Below, in pieces: positions 27,186 through 36,323 of a DNA stretch of 38,756 nt. Source of the DNA: a virus (Duplodnaviria > Heunggongvirae > Uroviricota > Caudoviricetes); IMG/VR virus record IMGVR_UViG_646311923_000010; one strand, given 5' to 3'. Position 1 is the stretch's first letter. The number at the start of each line of letters is the position of its first letter. Made by a program: the position numbers and the translations under genes. The notes beneath the pieces were generated by a model that saw only the letters and a list, made by a program, of their open reading frames with translations, did no database searches and was not told the DNA's origin.

Positions 27186-28424
27186 TTAAACGCTCGCTAC
27201 ATTATACCAGGTGCCATTTATATACTTTTGAACTGGTCTGTAATAAACGCCAGCTATATTATCGGCAGAATTTGACCCTGTATCCTGAACATTTATACCA
27301 GACAATACATGACCTGAAGGGCACTGGAAGCTCCATGTTTGCCAGTTGTTCACACCATAATATTGCTGTGAACCAAGCCGAACATCTTTCACATATCGGG
27401 CATCAATGTTACCCCAGTTGCTTGGTTGTATCTGACCGTTTACAGCAAATGTCACCGAGTTATCTGTATTTCGCTGACTATAGAAATGCCAGCCTGAATC
27501 ATCACCAAGCTCTGCAACAGTTGGTCTTGACGAATTTCCCCACAAGTTAAATGATGCATTACGGGCAGCGGTATTTGCACTTGAAAGTGTGAATAACTTA
27601 CTTTCCCCAGCCTGAATACCCTTTAATGATATTGCTGAACCATTTCTAAAGCGGAATACATGCACACCATTAGCATAAGCATCCAGCACCCCATCACCAT
27701 TTTGTTTAAACCCGGTATCGTTATCTCCTAAAACTATTGAATTGCTACCCAGGGCATTAGCCGTTCCAATCCCCAGATTTCCGCTAAAAATGGCATTAAT
27801 ACCGAATATTGAGTGAGAACAATAAAACCCTCGCCCATTGTTAAAATCAAGAATAGCTTGTGCGTTCGTGCTTTCTGTCGCGGGATTAGTTGCTCCCCAC
27901 TTATATGTTGTTTGACCGACGGTATAATCCTGAGTTGGAACAATAACCGTTAGCCCTTCTTCAGCAGAAACCCGCACAGGAAAAGCCCTGCCTTCAACGT
28001 AAAAAACGCTGCATACATCATCTTCTTTAAGGCTTGTTACAATGGAATGGATTGCGCGCTCATTAGTCTGATACGTCGAAAAATAACCTGCCGCATATGA
28101 ACCACGATCAGTCCAGCCACCAGGCATTACCATTCCATTGAATTCGCAGTTATTCATTTCGTAATTACCACCGGCAGATGTGGTCGTTATAATCACTCTG
28201 GAAGCCAGCTCGCCAGTGCTGCCTGTGGAACGCCGGAAAATAACTGGATACCACTTTCCACCAACTGCATTAGACGGCGCATTAAATGCGTACTGCTGCA
28301 TTCCTTTTTTCTTATCCACCTCGCCTTTGCTGTAAACATTAATGTTACTCAGGAAGCGATCCTTATCAGGAATATCTGCGCCGTTCTGGTTTTTCTGTAA
28401 TGCGCCAGAAGCCTGATTTACCGT
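27186..28424 (-). CDS. Alternative tail-fibre variable C-terminal segment (Hv'), promoterless and startless in this orientation
   Basis: Open frame continues upstream of the track ORF (27186..28319) to the crossover site; first ~25 codons after the site are identical to those in H ([24 protein letters not shown]). Confidence 0.7.
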   Translation of the reverse strand, partial: TVNQASGALQKNQNGADIPDKDRFLSNINVYSKGEVDKKKGMQQYAFNAPSNAVGGKWYPVIFRRSTGSTGELASRVIITTTSAGGNYEMNNCEFNGMVMPGGWTDRGSYAAGYFSTYQTNERAIHSIVTSLKEDDVCSVFYVEGRAFPVRVSAEEGLTVIVPTQDYTVGQTTYKWGATNPATESTNAQAILDFNNGRGFYCSHSIFGINAIFSGNLGIGTANALGSNSIVLGDNDTGFKQNGDGVLDAYANGVHVFRFRNGSAISLKGIQAGESKLFTLSSANTAARNASFNLWGNSSRPTVAELGDDSGWHFYSQRNTDNSVTFAVNGQIQPSNWGNIDARYVKDVRLGSQQYYGVNNWQTWSFQCPSGHVLSGINVQDTGSNSADNIAGVYYRPVQKYINGTWYNVASV

Positions 28425-28450
28425 TTCCTGTAAACCGAGGTTTTAGATAA
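28425..28450. other. DNA invertase crossover site (gix/cix-like), right
   Basis: TTCCTGTAAACCGAGGTTTTAGATAA, reverse complement of the left site with 3 mismatches. Confidence 0.8.
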
Positions 28451-28504
28451 TGGCCGTTTCCGGCCTGCATGGCATGATTTGCGCTTTTGGACGGGAGATT
28501 CAGT

Positions 28505-29104
28505 GTGCTGATTGGTTATGTAAGGGTATCAACAAATGACCAGAATACAGACCTGCAACGAAACGCTCTTGTTTGTGCAGGATGTGAACAAATATTTGAA
28601 GATAAATTAAGCGGGACAAAGACAGACCGACCGGGATTAAAACGCGCTTTAAAGCGGCTTCAAAAAGGTGACACGCTGGTTGTCTGGAAACTGGATCGCC
28701 TCGGGCGAAGCATGAAACATCTGATTTCTCTCGTCGGGGAACTACGGGAGCGAGGGATTAATTTTCGCAGTCTGACCGACAGCATAGATACATCTTCTCC
28801 AATGGGGCGTTTTTTCTTCCACGTTATGGGTGCCCTGGCTGAAATGGAACGTGAATTAATTGTTGAACGTACACTGGCCGGACTGGCGGCAGCGCGCGCA
28901 CGGGGGCGCACAGGCGGACGTCGCCCGAAGCTGACAAAAGAACAGCATGAGCAAATAGCTAGGCTGATCAAAAACGGTCATGACAGGAAACAACTGGCGA
29001 TCATTTACGACATCGGCATATCGACAATTTATCGTTATCACCCTGTGGGCGATATACAGGCTGAAGAAACAACCAGGCAGACTCAGGAAAATGAAAACCG
29101 CTAA
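28505..29104 (+). CDS. Serine recombinase DNA invertase (Gin/Pin/Cin/Hin family)
   Basis: ORF 28487..29104; GTG at 28505 gives MLIGYVRVSTNDQNTDLQRNAL, the classic invertase N-terminus with catalytic Ser; C-terminal HTH. Confidence 0.9.
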   Translation: MLIGYVRVSTNDQNTDLQRNALVCAGCEQIFEDKLSGTKTDRPGLKRALKRLQKGDTLVVWKLDRLGRSMKHLISLVGELRERGINFRSLTDSIDTSSPMGRFFFHVMGALAEMERELIVERTLAGLAAARARGRTGGRRPKLTKEQHEQIARLIKNGHDRKQLAIIYDIGISTIYRYHPVGDIQAEETTRQTQENENR

Positions 29105-29123
29105 TCTGACCATTAGCGGTTTT
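29094..29123. terminator. Bidirectional terminator hairpin between convergent invertase and U genes
   Basis: AAAACCGCTAAT-ctgacc-ATTAGCGGTTTT perfect 12-bp inverted repeat. Confidence 0.6.
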
Positions 29124-29130
29124 GCGTTAA

Positions 29131-29625
29131 TCAAAACAGCCCTTTAACGGAGCTGGCCGCGCTGTTAAGGGATGATGTGACCTTATCTTTGAAGCCGGAC
29201 AGCATATCACTGAACGATGAGGATTGCAGGCGCTCCCGCAAATCCTCATCACAGCGTTCAAGGGTCAGTGAAAATTCTATCTTTTTCGCCTTACCGTAGC
29301 GATCAAACTCGGAACGGGTCGTATTCGTTCCGGTCAGGACATACATGCCGTAAATCTGCCCGACGCCATCAATCAAAGGCCAGGGTCGTCCTGTATACGC
29401 CTGCGTGGTCAGCAGCGACAGCGACACTTCGCCACCTGTAATTTCAGGATAAAGCACACCAGAAAGAACGATGCGATCATCACCTGCACCGATATACTGC
29501 CAGCTTGCTGAACGGTTAACGCGTTCATTTTTCACATGCCGCCAGCTTTTGTTTTGCTGTAACTGCTGATGCGGCAGCGTGCGCAGCTCAAAAACAAACA
29601 TGCCGTAGATCATCATCATGGCCAT
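29131..29625 (-). CDS. U: Tail protein, P2 gpU family
   Basis: 164-aa ORF; FVFELRT...SGVLYPEITGG...KIEFSLTL aligns with recalled gpU; alternative start 29619. Confidence 0.85.
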   Translation of the reverse strand: MAMMMIYGMFVFELRTLPHQQLQQNKSWRHVKNERVNRSASWQYIGAGDDRIVLSGVLYPEITGGEVSLSLLTTQAYTGRPWPLIDGVGQIYGMYVLTGTNTTRSEFDRYGKAKKIEFSLTLERCDEDLRERLQSSSFSDMLSGFKDKVTSSLNSAASSVKGLF

Positions 29626-29631
29626 GACTCC

Positions 29632-32475
29632 TCAATCTTTATCGTAAAAACTGCCACGCCCAGCACGGGCGCGCCGTTCCATTTCTGCCCTGACCATTTC
29701 ACCGACCAGTTTCGCCAGTTCGCGGGGATTCTGCGTAACAACGTTATGCAGATGAACATGAATTTCACCGCCAAATCCTGAGGCAACAGGTTCCCGGTTA
29801 CGCGAAGGTGTTGGGGCTGATGCCACTGGCGATCGTATGGCCTCCGCCACCGGGCGGGAGCTGGCCGCAACAACAGGGACCAGCGCCGGAGGCAGCGGGG
29901 CCGGAACCACAGGCGTGATATTAATTGCGGGGGCAGGCTTACTGACCTGCGCAATCTTCCGCTCCTGCCACTCCCCACGAACGGCAAGTGCGCGGGGCAG
30001 GTTCTTAAAGACAATATCGCCGGGGCCAATGCGTTTTTTCGTCTCATCAACCAGCTTACCTGTGTTATCAGCAATCTTGCTGAGTCTGCGTAGCGTACCG
30101 GTATTGCTGTCTGTGAGCGGTTTGTTGTCTTTGGGTTTATCACCTCCGGTGCCATTGCCATTTTCCACAGGCTTCGGCGGATTGATTTTCGCCAGGTCAC
30201 CCTGAAGCAAGGCAACCTTGTCCTGAAGAATGGCCGCACGCTGTGCGTCTTCGATTTTCTTTCTCGCCCTTTCCGCTTCATCCGGAAGCACACCGAGTTT
30301 TTCAAGTATCCACGCCAGCGTATCCAGCAACATTTTTGCTGGCGTCAGAACAAGCTGTAACGCGCCACCAAGAACGTTGCCGAATACCTCGCCAGCACTG
30401 GTGCATTTATCCAGCGTTTCCTTGCTGGACTCCATCGGTGACAACAGCGATTTAAACCAGTTAAACACCTGGCTGATCCCGCTTCCGATTGCGTCAAAAA
30501 CAGGACCAAACCGTTCAAAGGTTTCGCGCAACGGGGTCAGCCTTTCCATAATTCCGCTGAACACCCCGGCAAAAAATGCCCTGATGGGATCCCAGTATTT
30601 CCAGATAAGAATGGCAGCTCCGGCAAGCGCAGCCACGATAAGACCAACCGGACTGAACAGCGCCCCGATAGCACCTCCCAGCAAAGAAACGGAACCCGTC
30701 ACCATTCCCCATAGTGCTGGCAGGAGCCTGACAGCATTCATTGATCCGGTCAGGAGGGAAAAACCAAGACGCAGTTTTGCCAGCGGACCAGCAAGCACAC
30801 CAAGAGCAAGCGACAACGAGCCTACGGTTGCAGTCACTGCCAGCAGCGCACCGCCTGCAATCAGTAGCTGGCGCGTCAGTACAGGATGGGCCTGCGCCAG
30901 TACCGTCACCTTTGAGACCACCCGTGTTAGCCACTGCGTGACAGAACGCAGCGGACCGTCAACCAGATCACTGATGCGAATACGAAGACCTTCCCATGCG
31001 CTGTCGAGATTTTTCAGGTCGCCATCAAGGTTGTCGGCCATAACCTTTGCCGTGCGTTCAGCCTCACCGCGTGCGCCCTCAAGTTCTTTTCTCAGTTTGG
31101 GTAAGGAACCGTCACCCGCCGCATCAACGAGTGCCATAAACGATGTGAAAGCCTCTTCCCCGGCGATGTCCTTAAAGAAGGATACCCGGTCAACTTCCCC
31201 GTATTTGCGGGTGGCTTTATAAAGGTCAGCCAGCAGATCTTCCATCGGGCGCATTTTGCCCCCGGCATCCGAAACGGACACGCCCAGCTCTTTCAGAGCT
31301 TCTGCCGCCGCCTTTGGCGGTGATGCCAGACGAGCCAGGCTGGCACGCATTGCCGTCCCGGCATCACTCCCTCTGATGCCCATATTCGCCAGCACGCCCG
31401 CCATCGCTGCGGCCTGCTCCAGCGATATTCCCAGCTTACCCGCCACCGGACCTGCATATTTCATGGTTTCGCCCAGTGCGCGAAGGTCAGTGTTGGTACG
31501 GGTAAACGCTGCGGTGAGTGTGTCACCGACCCGGTCCATCTGGTCAGCAGAAAGGCCGAACTGCGTCAGGATATTTGAGCCAATATCTGCCGTCTCGCCG
31601 AGATCCATACCGCCAGCCGTTGCCATGCTCAGCACGCCGGGAAGCGCAGCCTGAATGGCCTGCGGAGTGAAGCCAGCCATTGCAAGAAATGCCTGTCCAC
31701 TGGCGGCATCGCCTGCGGTGAACTGCGTTTCAGAGCCAAGTTTTAACGCCTGCTCACGCAGCGCCTTAAACTGCGGGCTGTTCTGGTCGATTCGCGTCAG
31801 TGCCTGAACGCGGGACATCTCTTTGCCGAACCCGATCGCAGGCTGCAAAAAACGCCCGGCAGCATAGCCGCCCGCCGCTGCCGCACCAATTGCCAGTGCA
31901 CCACCTGTTTTCAGTTTTCCCGCTGTTTCCTGCGCGCGCGAATACCGCTCACGCGCCCGCGTTACACGCGCAAGCGCCTGCCGTTCGCGTTCAAGCTGGT
32001 TGTTGTACTGTTCGGTGCGTCTGATGGCCTGCTGGATGGTGTTATCGCTGCCTGTCAGGGAAATGCCGTGGCGTTTCAGCTCTCCGCCAAGCTCCCGCAT
32101 TTTCTGAATTTCCCGCGTGCGCGATTCATTCAGGCGTTCAAGCCGGGTGCTTAACTGCTGCATCAGCTTTTGTTGTTTTTCGCTGAGCACTGTACCCGTG
32201 CGTTGTAACTGATTAAGGGCGTTAAGCTGGCGTCGTGCTTTCACGATACCCGCATCCGCTTTACTGACAGCGTCGCGGGCGCGCTCAAATGAACGCGCCT
32301 GACGCTCGAGATTTTTGATCGCCCCCTGCGTTCGCTGGATGGAGTCACCAAACTGCCCCATCAGGCGGCGGGCGTTTTCGGCAGGCCGGGTCAGCCTGTC
32401 AACGGCGCTGAAAGCGACCCGGATATCAAGAGTCTTCATTGTCTGCATTCCCGCTGCGAAGTGCCGCCCGCTCAC
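29632..32475 (-). CDS. T: Tail tape measure protein, P2 gpT family
   Basis: 947-aa ORF; long coiled-coil N-terminal half, Gly/Ala-rich hydrophobic middle; track start is GTG at 32475, alternative ATGs at 32448 and 32439. Confidence 0.85.
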   Translation of the reverse strand: MSGRHFAAGMQTMKTLDIRVAFSAVDRLTRPAENARRLMGQFGDSIQRTQGAIKNLERQARSFERARDAVSKADAGIVKARRQLNALNQLQRTGTVLSEKQQKLMQQLSTRLERLNESRTREIQKMRELGGELKRHGISLTGSDNTIQQAIRRTEQYNNQLERERQALARVTRARERYSRAQETAGKLKTGGALAIGAAAAGGYAAGRFLQPAIGFGKEMSRVQALTRIDQNSPQFKALREQALKLGSETQFTAGDAASGQAFLAMAGFTPQAIQAALPGVLSMATAGGMDLGETADIGSNILTQFGLSADQMDRVGDTLTAAFTRTNTDLRALGETMKYAGPVAGKLGISLEQAAAMAGVLANMGIRGSDAGTAMRASLARLASPPKAAAEALKELGVSVSDAGGKMRPMEDLLADLYKATRKYGEVDRVSFFKDIAGEEAFTSFMALVDAAGDGSLPKLRKELEGARGEAERTAKVMADNLDGDLKNLDSAWEGLRIRISDLVDGPLRSVTQWLTRVVSKVTVLAQAHPVLTRQLLIAGGALLAVTATVGSLSLALGVLAGPLAKLRLGFSLLTGSMNAVRLLPALWGMVTGSVSLLGGAIGALFSPVGLIVAALAGAAILIWKYWDPIRAFFAGVFSGIMERLTPLRETFERFGPVFDAIGSGISQVFNWFKSLLSPMESSKETLDKCTSAGEVFGNVLGGALQLVLTPAKMLLDTLAWILEKLGVLPDEAERARKKIEDAQRAAILQDKVALLQGDLAKINPPKPVENGNGTGGDKPKDNKPLTDSNTGTLRRLSKIADNTGKLVDETKKRIGPGDIVFKNLPRALAVRGEWQERKIAQVSKPAPAINITPVVPAPLPPALVPVVAASSRPVAEAIRSPVASAPTPSRNREPVASGFGGEIHVHLHNVVTQNPRELAKLVGEMVRAEMERRARAGRGSFYDKD

Positions 32476-32589
32476 GCCAGCTAACCACTTCGCCGGGCGT
32501 CATCATGAAGATTTCGGCGGGCGACCAGTTAAAAATAACGGCAATATCTGCCACAAAGTCTTCTATGTGCTCAAAGCACACAACCGTGA

Positions 32590-32955
32590 TCAGGCTTCCG
32601 TCGCCTGTTCGTTCTTCCCGCCAGAGTCCGCACCGCTCAAAAAATTTACGGCAACCACACATAACTGAATAAAGTCACGGGATGCCATTTTTTTGATCGT
32701 CACTTCATCCAGTCGCGGTGATGTCACGCGTGACAGCAGCGTAAACATGGATTCCGCTTTCAGATTCAGCACATCAGACAGCGACAAATCTCGCAGAGAT
32801 CCAGCCTGCTCAATAGCCCCGGTGATCTCCACATACGTGATTTTTTCGCCGCCTCGCTCAATTGGTTGGGTAAGTTTTACGCCACGCTCACTGGTTTCTT
32901 TCACAGTGTCAGCAACTACCGTGTTTTCGGTATCGATGTTTTTCGTCTCTTTCAT
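32590..32955 (-). CDS. E: Tail assembly chaperone gpE, with programmed -1 frameshift product E+E' extending to 32426
   Basis: 121-aa ORF; slippery TTTTTTG (plus-strand A-run 32639-32644) near its 3' end; overlapping -1 frame stays open to 32426 and overlaps T start. Confidence 0.7.
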   Translation of the reverse strand: MKETKNIDTENTVVADTVKETSERGVKLTQPIERGGEKITYVEITGAIEQAGSLRDLSLSDVLNLKAESMFTLLSRVTSPRLDEVTIKKMASRDFIQLCVVAVNFLSGADSGGKNEQATEA

Positions 32956-33009
32956 CAGGAAACTCCTTTCAGTCAGAGGCGACGCACTGCGCCGCCTGCA
33001 TATTACTTA

Positions 33010-33522
33010 TCAGCCAAGCCCAAGCGCGGAACGGATGCGATCGGGCACAATGTCCTTGCCGTCCTTCCGGTAAATGAAGTTCAGCAGGTCAATCTCCCAC
33101 AACGGACGATCGTTAACACTCAGCTTGTAGTAGGTGTTTTTAATGGCGTAAGTGTGTGATGTGGCTTCGCCCTGTTTGGCTTCCCCCATATCAATTTCCG
33201 TCACGCGTCCGCGCATTTCGACTTCATACAGGTCGCTTTCTGCATCGGTGTAGTATTCACCCGCAAAACGCAGTAGCGTGCCGTCAATCGTGCCGCCATA
33301 CTTAAGGAACAGCTCACGAACTGCGCCCCCCATGACAAAGCTCGCATCAAGCGCGGAGTCGTCCAGACCGAGATCAATACTTACCGCACCCATCATGCCG
33401 CCCCCCCGGTAGCTGTCGGTTTTGCGCGTCAGCTTAGGCAGAGTGACGGACGTCACCTTACCCACTTCGTTTTCACCATCCACAAACAGCGTAAAAAAGC
33501 GAAGATGTTTTGGCACAGCCAT
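33010..33522 (-). CDS. FII: Tail tube protein, P2 gpFII family
   Basis: 170-aa ORF directly downstream of FI on the same strand; size matches gpFII. Confidence 0.88.
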   Translation of the reverse strand: MAVPKHLRFFTLFVDGENEVGKVTSVTLPKLTRKTDSYRGGGMMGAVSIDLGLDDSALDASFVMGGAVRELFLKYGGTIDGTLLRFAGEYYTDAESDLYEVEMRGRVTEIDMGEAKQGEATSHTYAIKNTYYKLSVNDRPLWEIDLLNFIYRKDGKDIVPDRIRSALGLG

Positions 33523-34706
33523 CAGGCACCTCCCAAAACCGCAAATGCGGGTTCAAAGTATTCATCAGTAAACGTCTGGTAAAGCTCCATGTCTTCCAGT
33601 GGCGGAACGGGCGTATATTTGTAGCGAATACGCACACGCCCCTGACGTAAATCCGTGGTGCTGTTATCCACCACGTCATACCAGCACTCCGCGCCAATCA
33701 GTTTCCCGGCAGTAACCAGTGAATCCAGTTTTGCCCTGATGGCACTGATAACATCCTTCACGTTCGCAGGCGTCAGTGGACTGTCGATGGTTTCAAACTG
33801 CGCATCCGCAATTGAATCAGCCAGCACCTGTGCGGTTCGGGTATACACCTCAAAGATGTAGGCGTTCGTTTCCGGTGTGCGGTTGCCCCAGAAGCGGAAC
33901 CCGTTGCGACGAATAATGGTCGTGATTTCTTTGTTGTTGAGGCTGTTGGCATCACTGTCTTCGGCCTGCAACGACCAGAACACATGCCTGGACATCCCCA
34001 GCACATTTTTAACCGGAACGTTGGACAGCGATTTGTGCCAGCCCTGCTCATGGTCAATGTACGCACGAAGGCCGCACGCATAGGCAGGCGCGGGGAACGT
34101 TTCGTTTTTGCCACTTTTCGGGTTGTAGGCGATGAAGTCCGGCCATAAGAGCATCACCTCACGTTCGTTGAATTTCTGGCGGTAGGTAATCGCCTCAGCC
34201 ATCGTGTTACAGCCGTGACATGAGGCATACACAAACGCGCGCAGTTTACCCGCAATCACGCACAGGGATTTTGTTACCGCCTCCGTGTCCAGCTCCGGCG
34301 CGGCCAGAATACGCGGACGGTATCCGATGGTTTCATCCTGCTCTGCAACAAGCAGCGCATACATCCCCGTATAGCTGCCGTCAGATTCAGAACCACCGAT
34401 AACCAGTTGATCCTGCGTTTTTCCGTCTTCTTCTTTGTGTTCAGCCACGCGAACGACGATCACCTTTGTGCTCACCTGGTCTGCGATAGCCTTAAGCGCA
34501 CGATAAAGCGTCCCCGTTGTTCCGCATTTTCCCAGCACGTCATTGACGCGGGTCAGCAGTGTGGGCTTGTTCAGCGGGAACAGCTCCGCATCCGCATCAT
34601 CCGCCGTTGCCACGATACCGATAACACTGGAATCAACATCATTAATCGCTGTTACCAGGTCGGTACTTTCCGTAACACGGGCACCATGAAAACGAGTTTC
34701 ACTCAT
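33522..34706 (-). CDS. FI: Contractile tail sheath protein, P2 gpFI family
   Basis: 394-aa ORF; size and downstream gene order match gpFI. Confidence 0.9.
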   Translation of the reverse strand: MSETRFHGARVTESTDLVTAINDVDSSVIGIVATADDADAELFPLNKPTLLTRVNDVLGKCGTTGTLYRALKAIADQVSTKVIVVRVAEHKEEDGKTQDQLVIGGSESDGSYTGMYALLVAEQDETIGYRPRILAAPELDTEAVTKSLCVIAGKLRAFVYASCHGCNTMAEAITYRQKFNEREVMLLWPDFIAYNPKSGKNETFPAPAYACGLRAYIDHEQGWHKSLSNVPVKNVLGMSRHVFWSLQAEDSDANSLNNKEITTIIRRNGFRFWGNRTPETNAYIFEVYTRTAQVLADSIADAQFETIDSPLTPANVKDVISAIRAKLDSLVTAGKLIGAECWYDVVDNSTTDLRQGRVRIRYKYTPVPPLEDMELYQTFTDEYFEPAFAVLGGA

Positions 34707-34862
34707 AGCTTCAGCCCCTTGTATCCGTTAAATGATTCGGCAACAATCATCACCCACCACGCGCGTAATCTCACCCCTGCGCCGTTCTCCCGCCACGGCG
34801 ACAACAAAAAGCAGTAACCCCCTCCGCACGCACATGCGACCATGCCACACAGGGAGGGAAAG
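34707..34862. promoter_or_regulatory. Intergenic region between divergent FI and D; presumed late promoter(s) and one inversion junction
   Basis: 156 bp between divergently oriented FI and D starts; in canonical P2 D follows U on the same strand. Confidence 0.35.
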
Positions 34863-35972
34863 ATGATCGACACCACCATGCAATTGCTCAGTCAGAGCAC
34901 AGACCCCGTGAAAATGCCGGATTTTGATATTCTCGCGGAGGGGGAAACGCTGTCCGGCGTGGCAGAGCGCCTGATGAGTCTGTCACTGACCGACAACCGG
35001 GGATTTGAAGCGGACCAGCTCACCATCACGCTGGATGATGCGGATGGTCAGTTGCAGCTACCGCCACGGGGCGCGCGCCTGACGGTTCTCATTGGCTGGA
35101 AAGGAGAACCGCTGACAGAAAAAGGCACTTACATTGTTGATGAAATCGCTCACGAAGGACCGCCGGACAGGCTGACTGTTTCAGCCAGAAGCGCAGATTT
35201 TCGGGATGAATTTAACGTTAAACGTGAGGTGTCCTGGCATGATGTGACCGTTGAACGTGTGGTATCCGCCATCGCTCATCGGTATGGTCTGAAACCGCAA
35301 ATCAGCGAAATGCTGATGGATATCGAAATCGACCACGCCGACCAGACCGAAGAAAGCGACATGTCCTTCCTTACGCGCATGGCGGAAATGCTGGGCGCAA
35401 TCACCACGGTAAAAAGCGGCAATCTGTTATTCATCATGCCAGGCGGTGGCGTGAACGCACAGGGCCAGCCGTTGCCCTCGTTCGCCATTACACGCAGCAG
35501 CGGCGATCGCCATCAGTTCCGCATTGCTGACCGCGAGGCGTATACGGGGGTACGCGCCTACTGGCTTGATCTTAATTACGGGAAAAAGAAAAAAGTCAGC
35601 GTGAAACGCCGTAAACCGCCAAAACCCAAAAAGGAGAAAAGCAGCAGCCGTGAAGGTGATTATATGGAAGGCGCGGAAGGCAATGTGTTTGTGTTACGCA
35701 AGACTTATCAGAACGAGCAGGCAGCAAGACGCGCAGCGGCGGCAAAGTGGCAGCAGCTACAACGCGGAGCCGCATCATTCTCCATCACGCTGGCACGTGG
35801 TCGTGCAGAACTCTACCCCGAAATGCATGGCACGGTAACAGGATTCAAAAGCGACATTGATAAACAGAACTGGATTATAGCCAAGGCGGAACACACCATC
35901 GATGGAAGCGCGTTTACCTCGCAGCTTGAGCTTGAAGCAAAAATCCCGGAATGGATAGCAGAAACAGAGTGA
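34863..35972 (+). CDS. D: Tail protein, P2 gpD family
   Basis: ORF 34842..35972; ATG at 34863 preceded by AGGGAGGG; size and position before ogr match gpD. Confidence 0.85.
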   Translation: MIDTTMQLLSQSTDPVKMPDFDILAEGETLSGVAERLMSLSLTDNRGFEADQLTITLDDADGQLQLPPRGARLTVLIGWKGEPLTEKGTYIVDEIAHEGPPDRLTVSARSADFRDEFNVKREVSWHDVTVERVVSAIAHRYGLKPQISEMLMDIEIDHADQTEESDMSFLTRMAEMLGAITTVKSGNLLFIMPGGGVNAQGQPLPSFAITRSSGDRHQFRIADREAYTGVRAYWLDLNYGKKKKVSVKRRKPPKPKKEKSSSREGDYMEGAEGNVFVLRKTYQNEQAARRAAAAKWQQLQRGAASFSITLARGRAELYPEMHGTVTGFKSDIDKQNWIIAKAEHTIDGSAFTSQLELEAKIPEWIAETE

Positions 35973-36323
35973 GCAACTTGGATGCATTAGCTCAGACCAA
36001 AGCTGGCACGCTTACGACGCAGAACCAAACTTAATCTGACAGTCCGCTTTGTACCAGAAGCAGACATTAATAACATTATTTGCAATAACCAATTGATATT
36101 GTTTTTATTGCGTGTTATTAAAGCATATCCGCTTGTGATCATTACCAACTACTCGTCTATTTTTATTTGTGAGCAAAATCAGATTTTAGGTAGAAACATT
36201 TTGTGAAAAAAAATAGCGAAATTTTTTGTAGGAAGTAAGTCAAGCAGATATAGCAGCAGATCGGAAGTTATTGGTCATGCGTTATTTACTCTAAGCAAAA
36301 AAACTTAGTACAGGAAAAAATAA

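Larger units (their letters stand above)
25148..28424. other. Invertible tail-fibre host-range segment (G-segment-like)
   Basis: Bounded by inverted 26-bp crossover sites; contains Hv + tfa on plus strand and tfa' + promoterless Hv' on minus strand. Confidence 0.8.

Noticed and set aside
29105-29160. Secondary gix-like site at the inversion junction next to the invertase
   Set aside because: TTAATCAAAACAGCCCTTTAACGGAG matches the local gix sites at only about 16 of 26 positions; too weak to call a recombination site.
30230-31222. 330-aa plus-strand ORF, and other plus-strand ORFs between 29837 and 32024
   Set aside because: Antisense to the tape measure gene; Ser/Ala/Pro-rich low-complexity translation; shadow ORFs.
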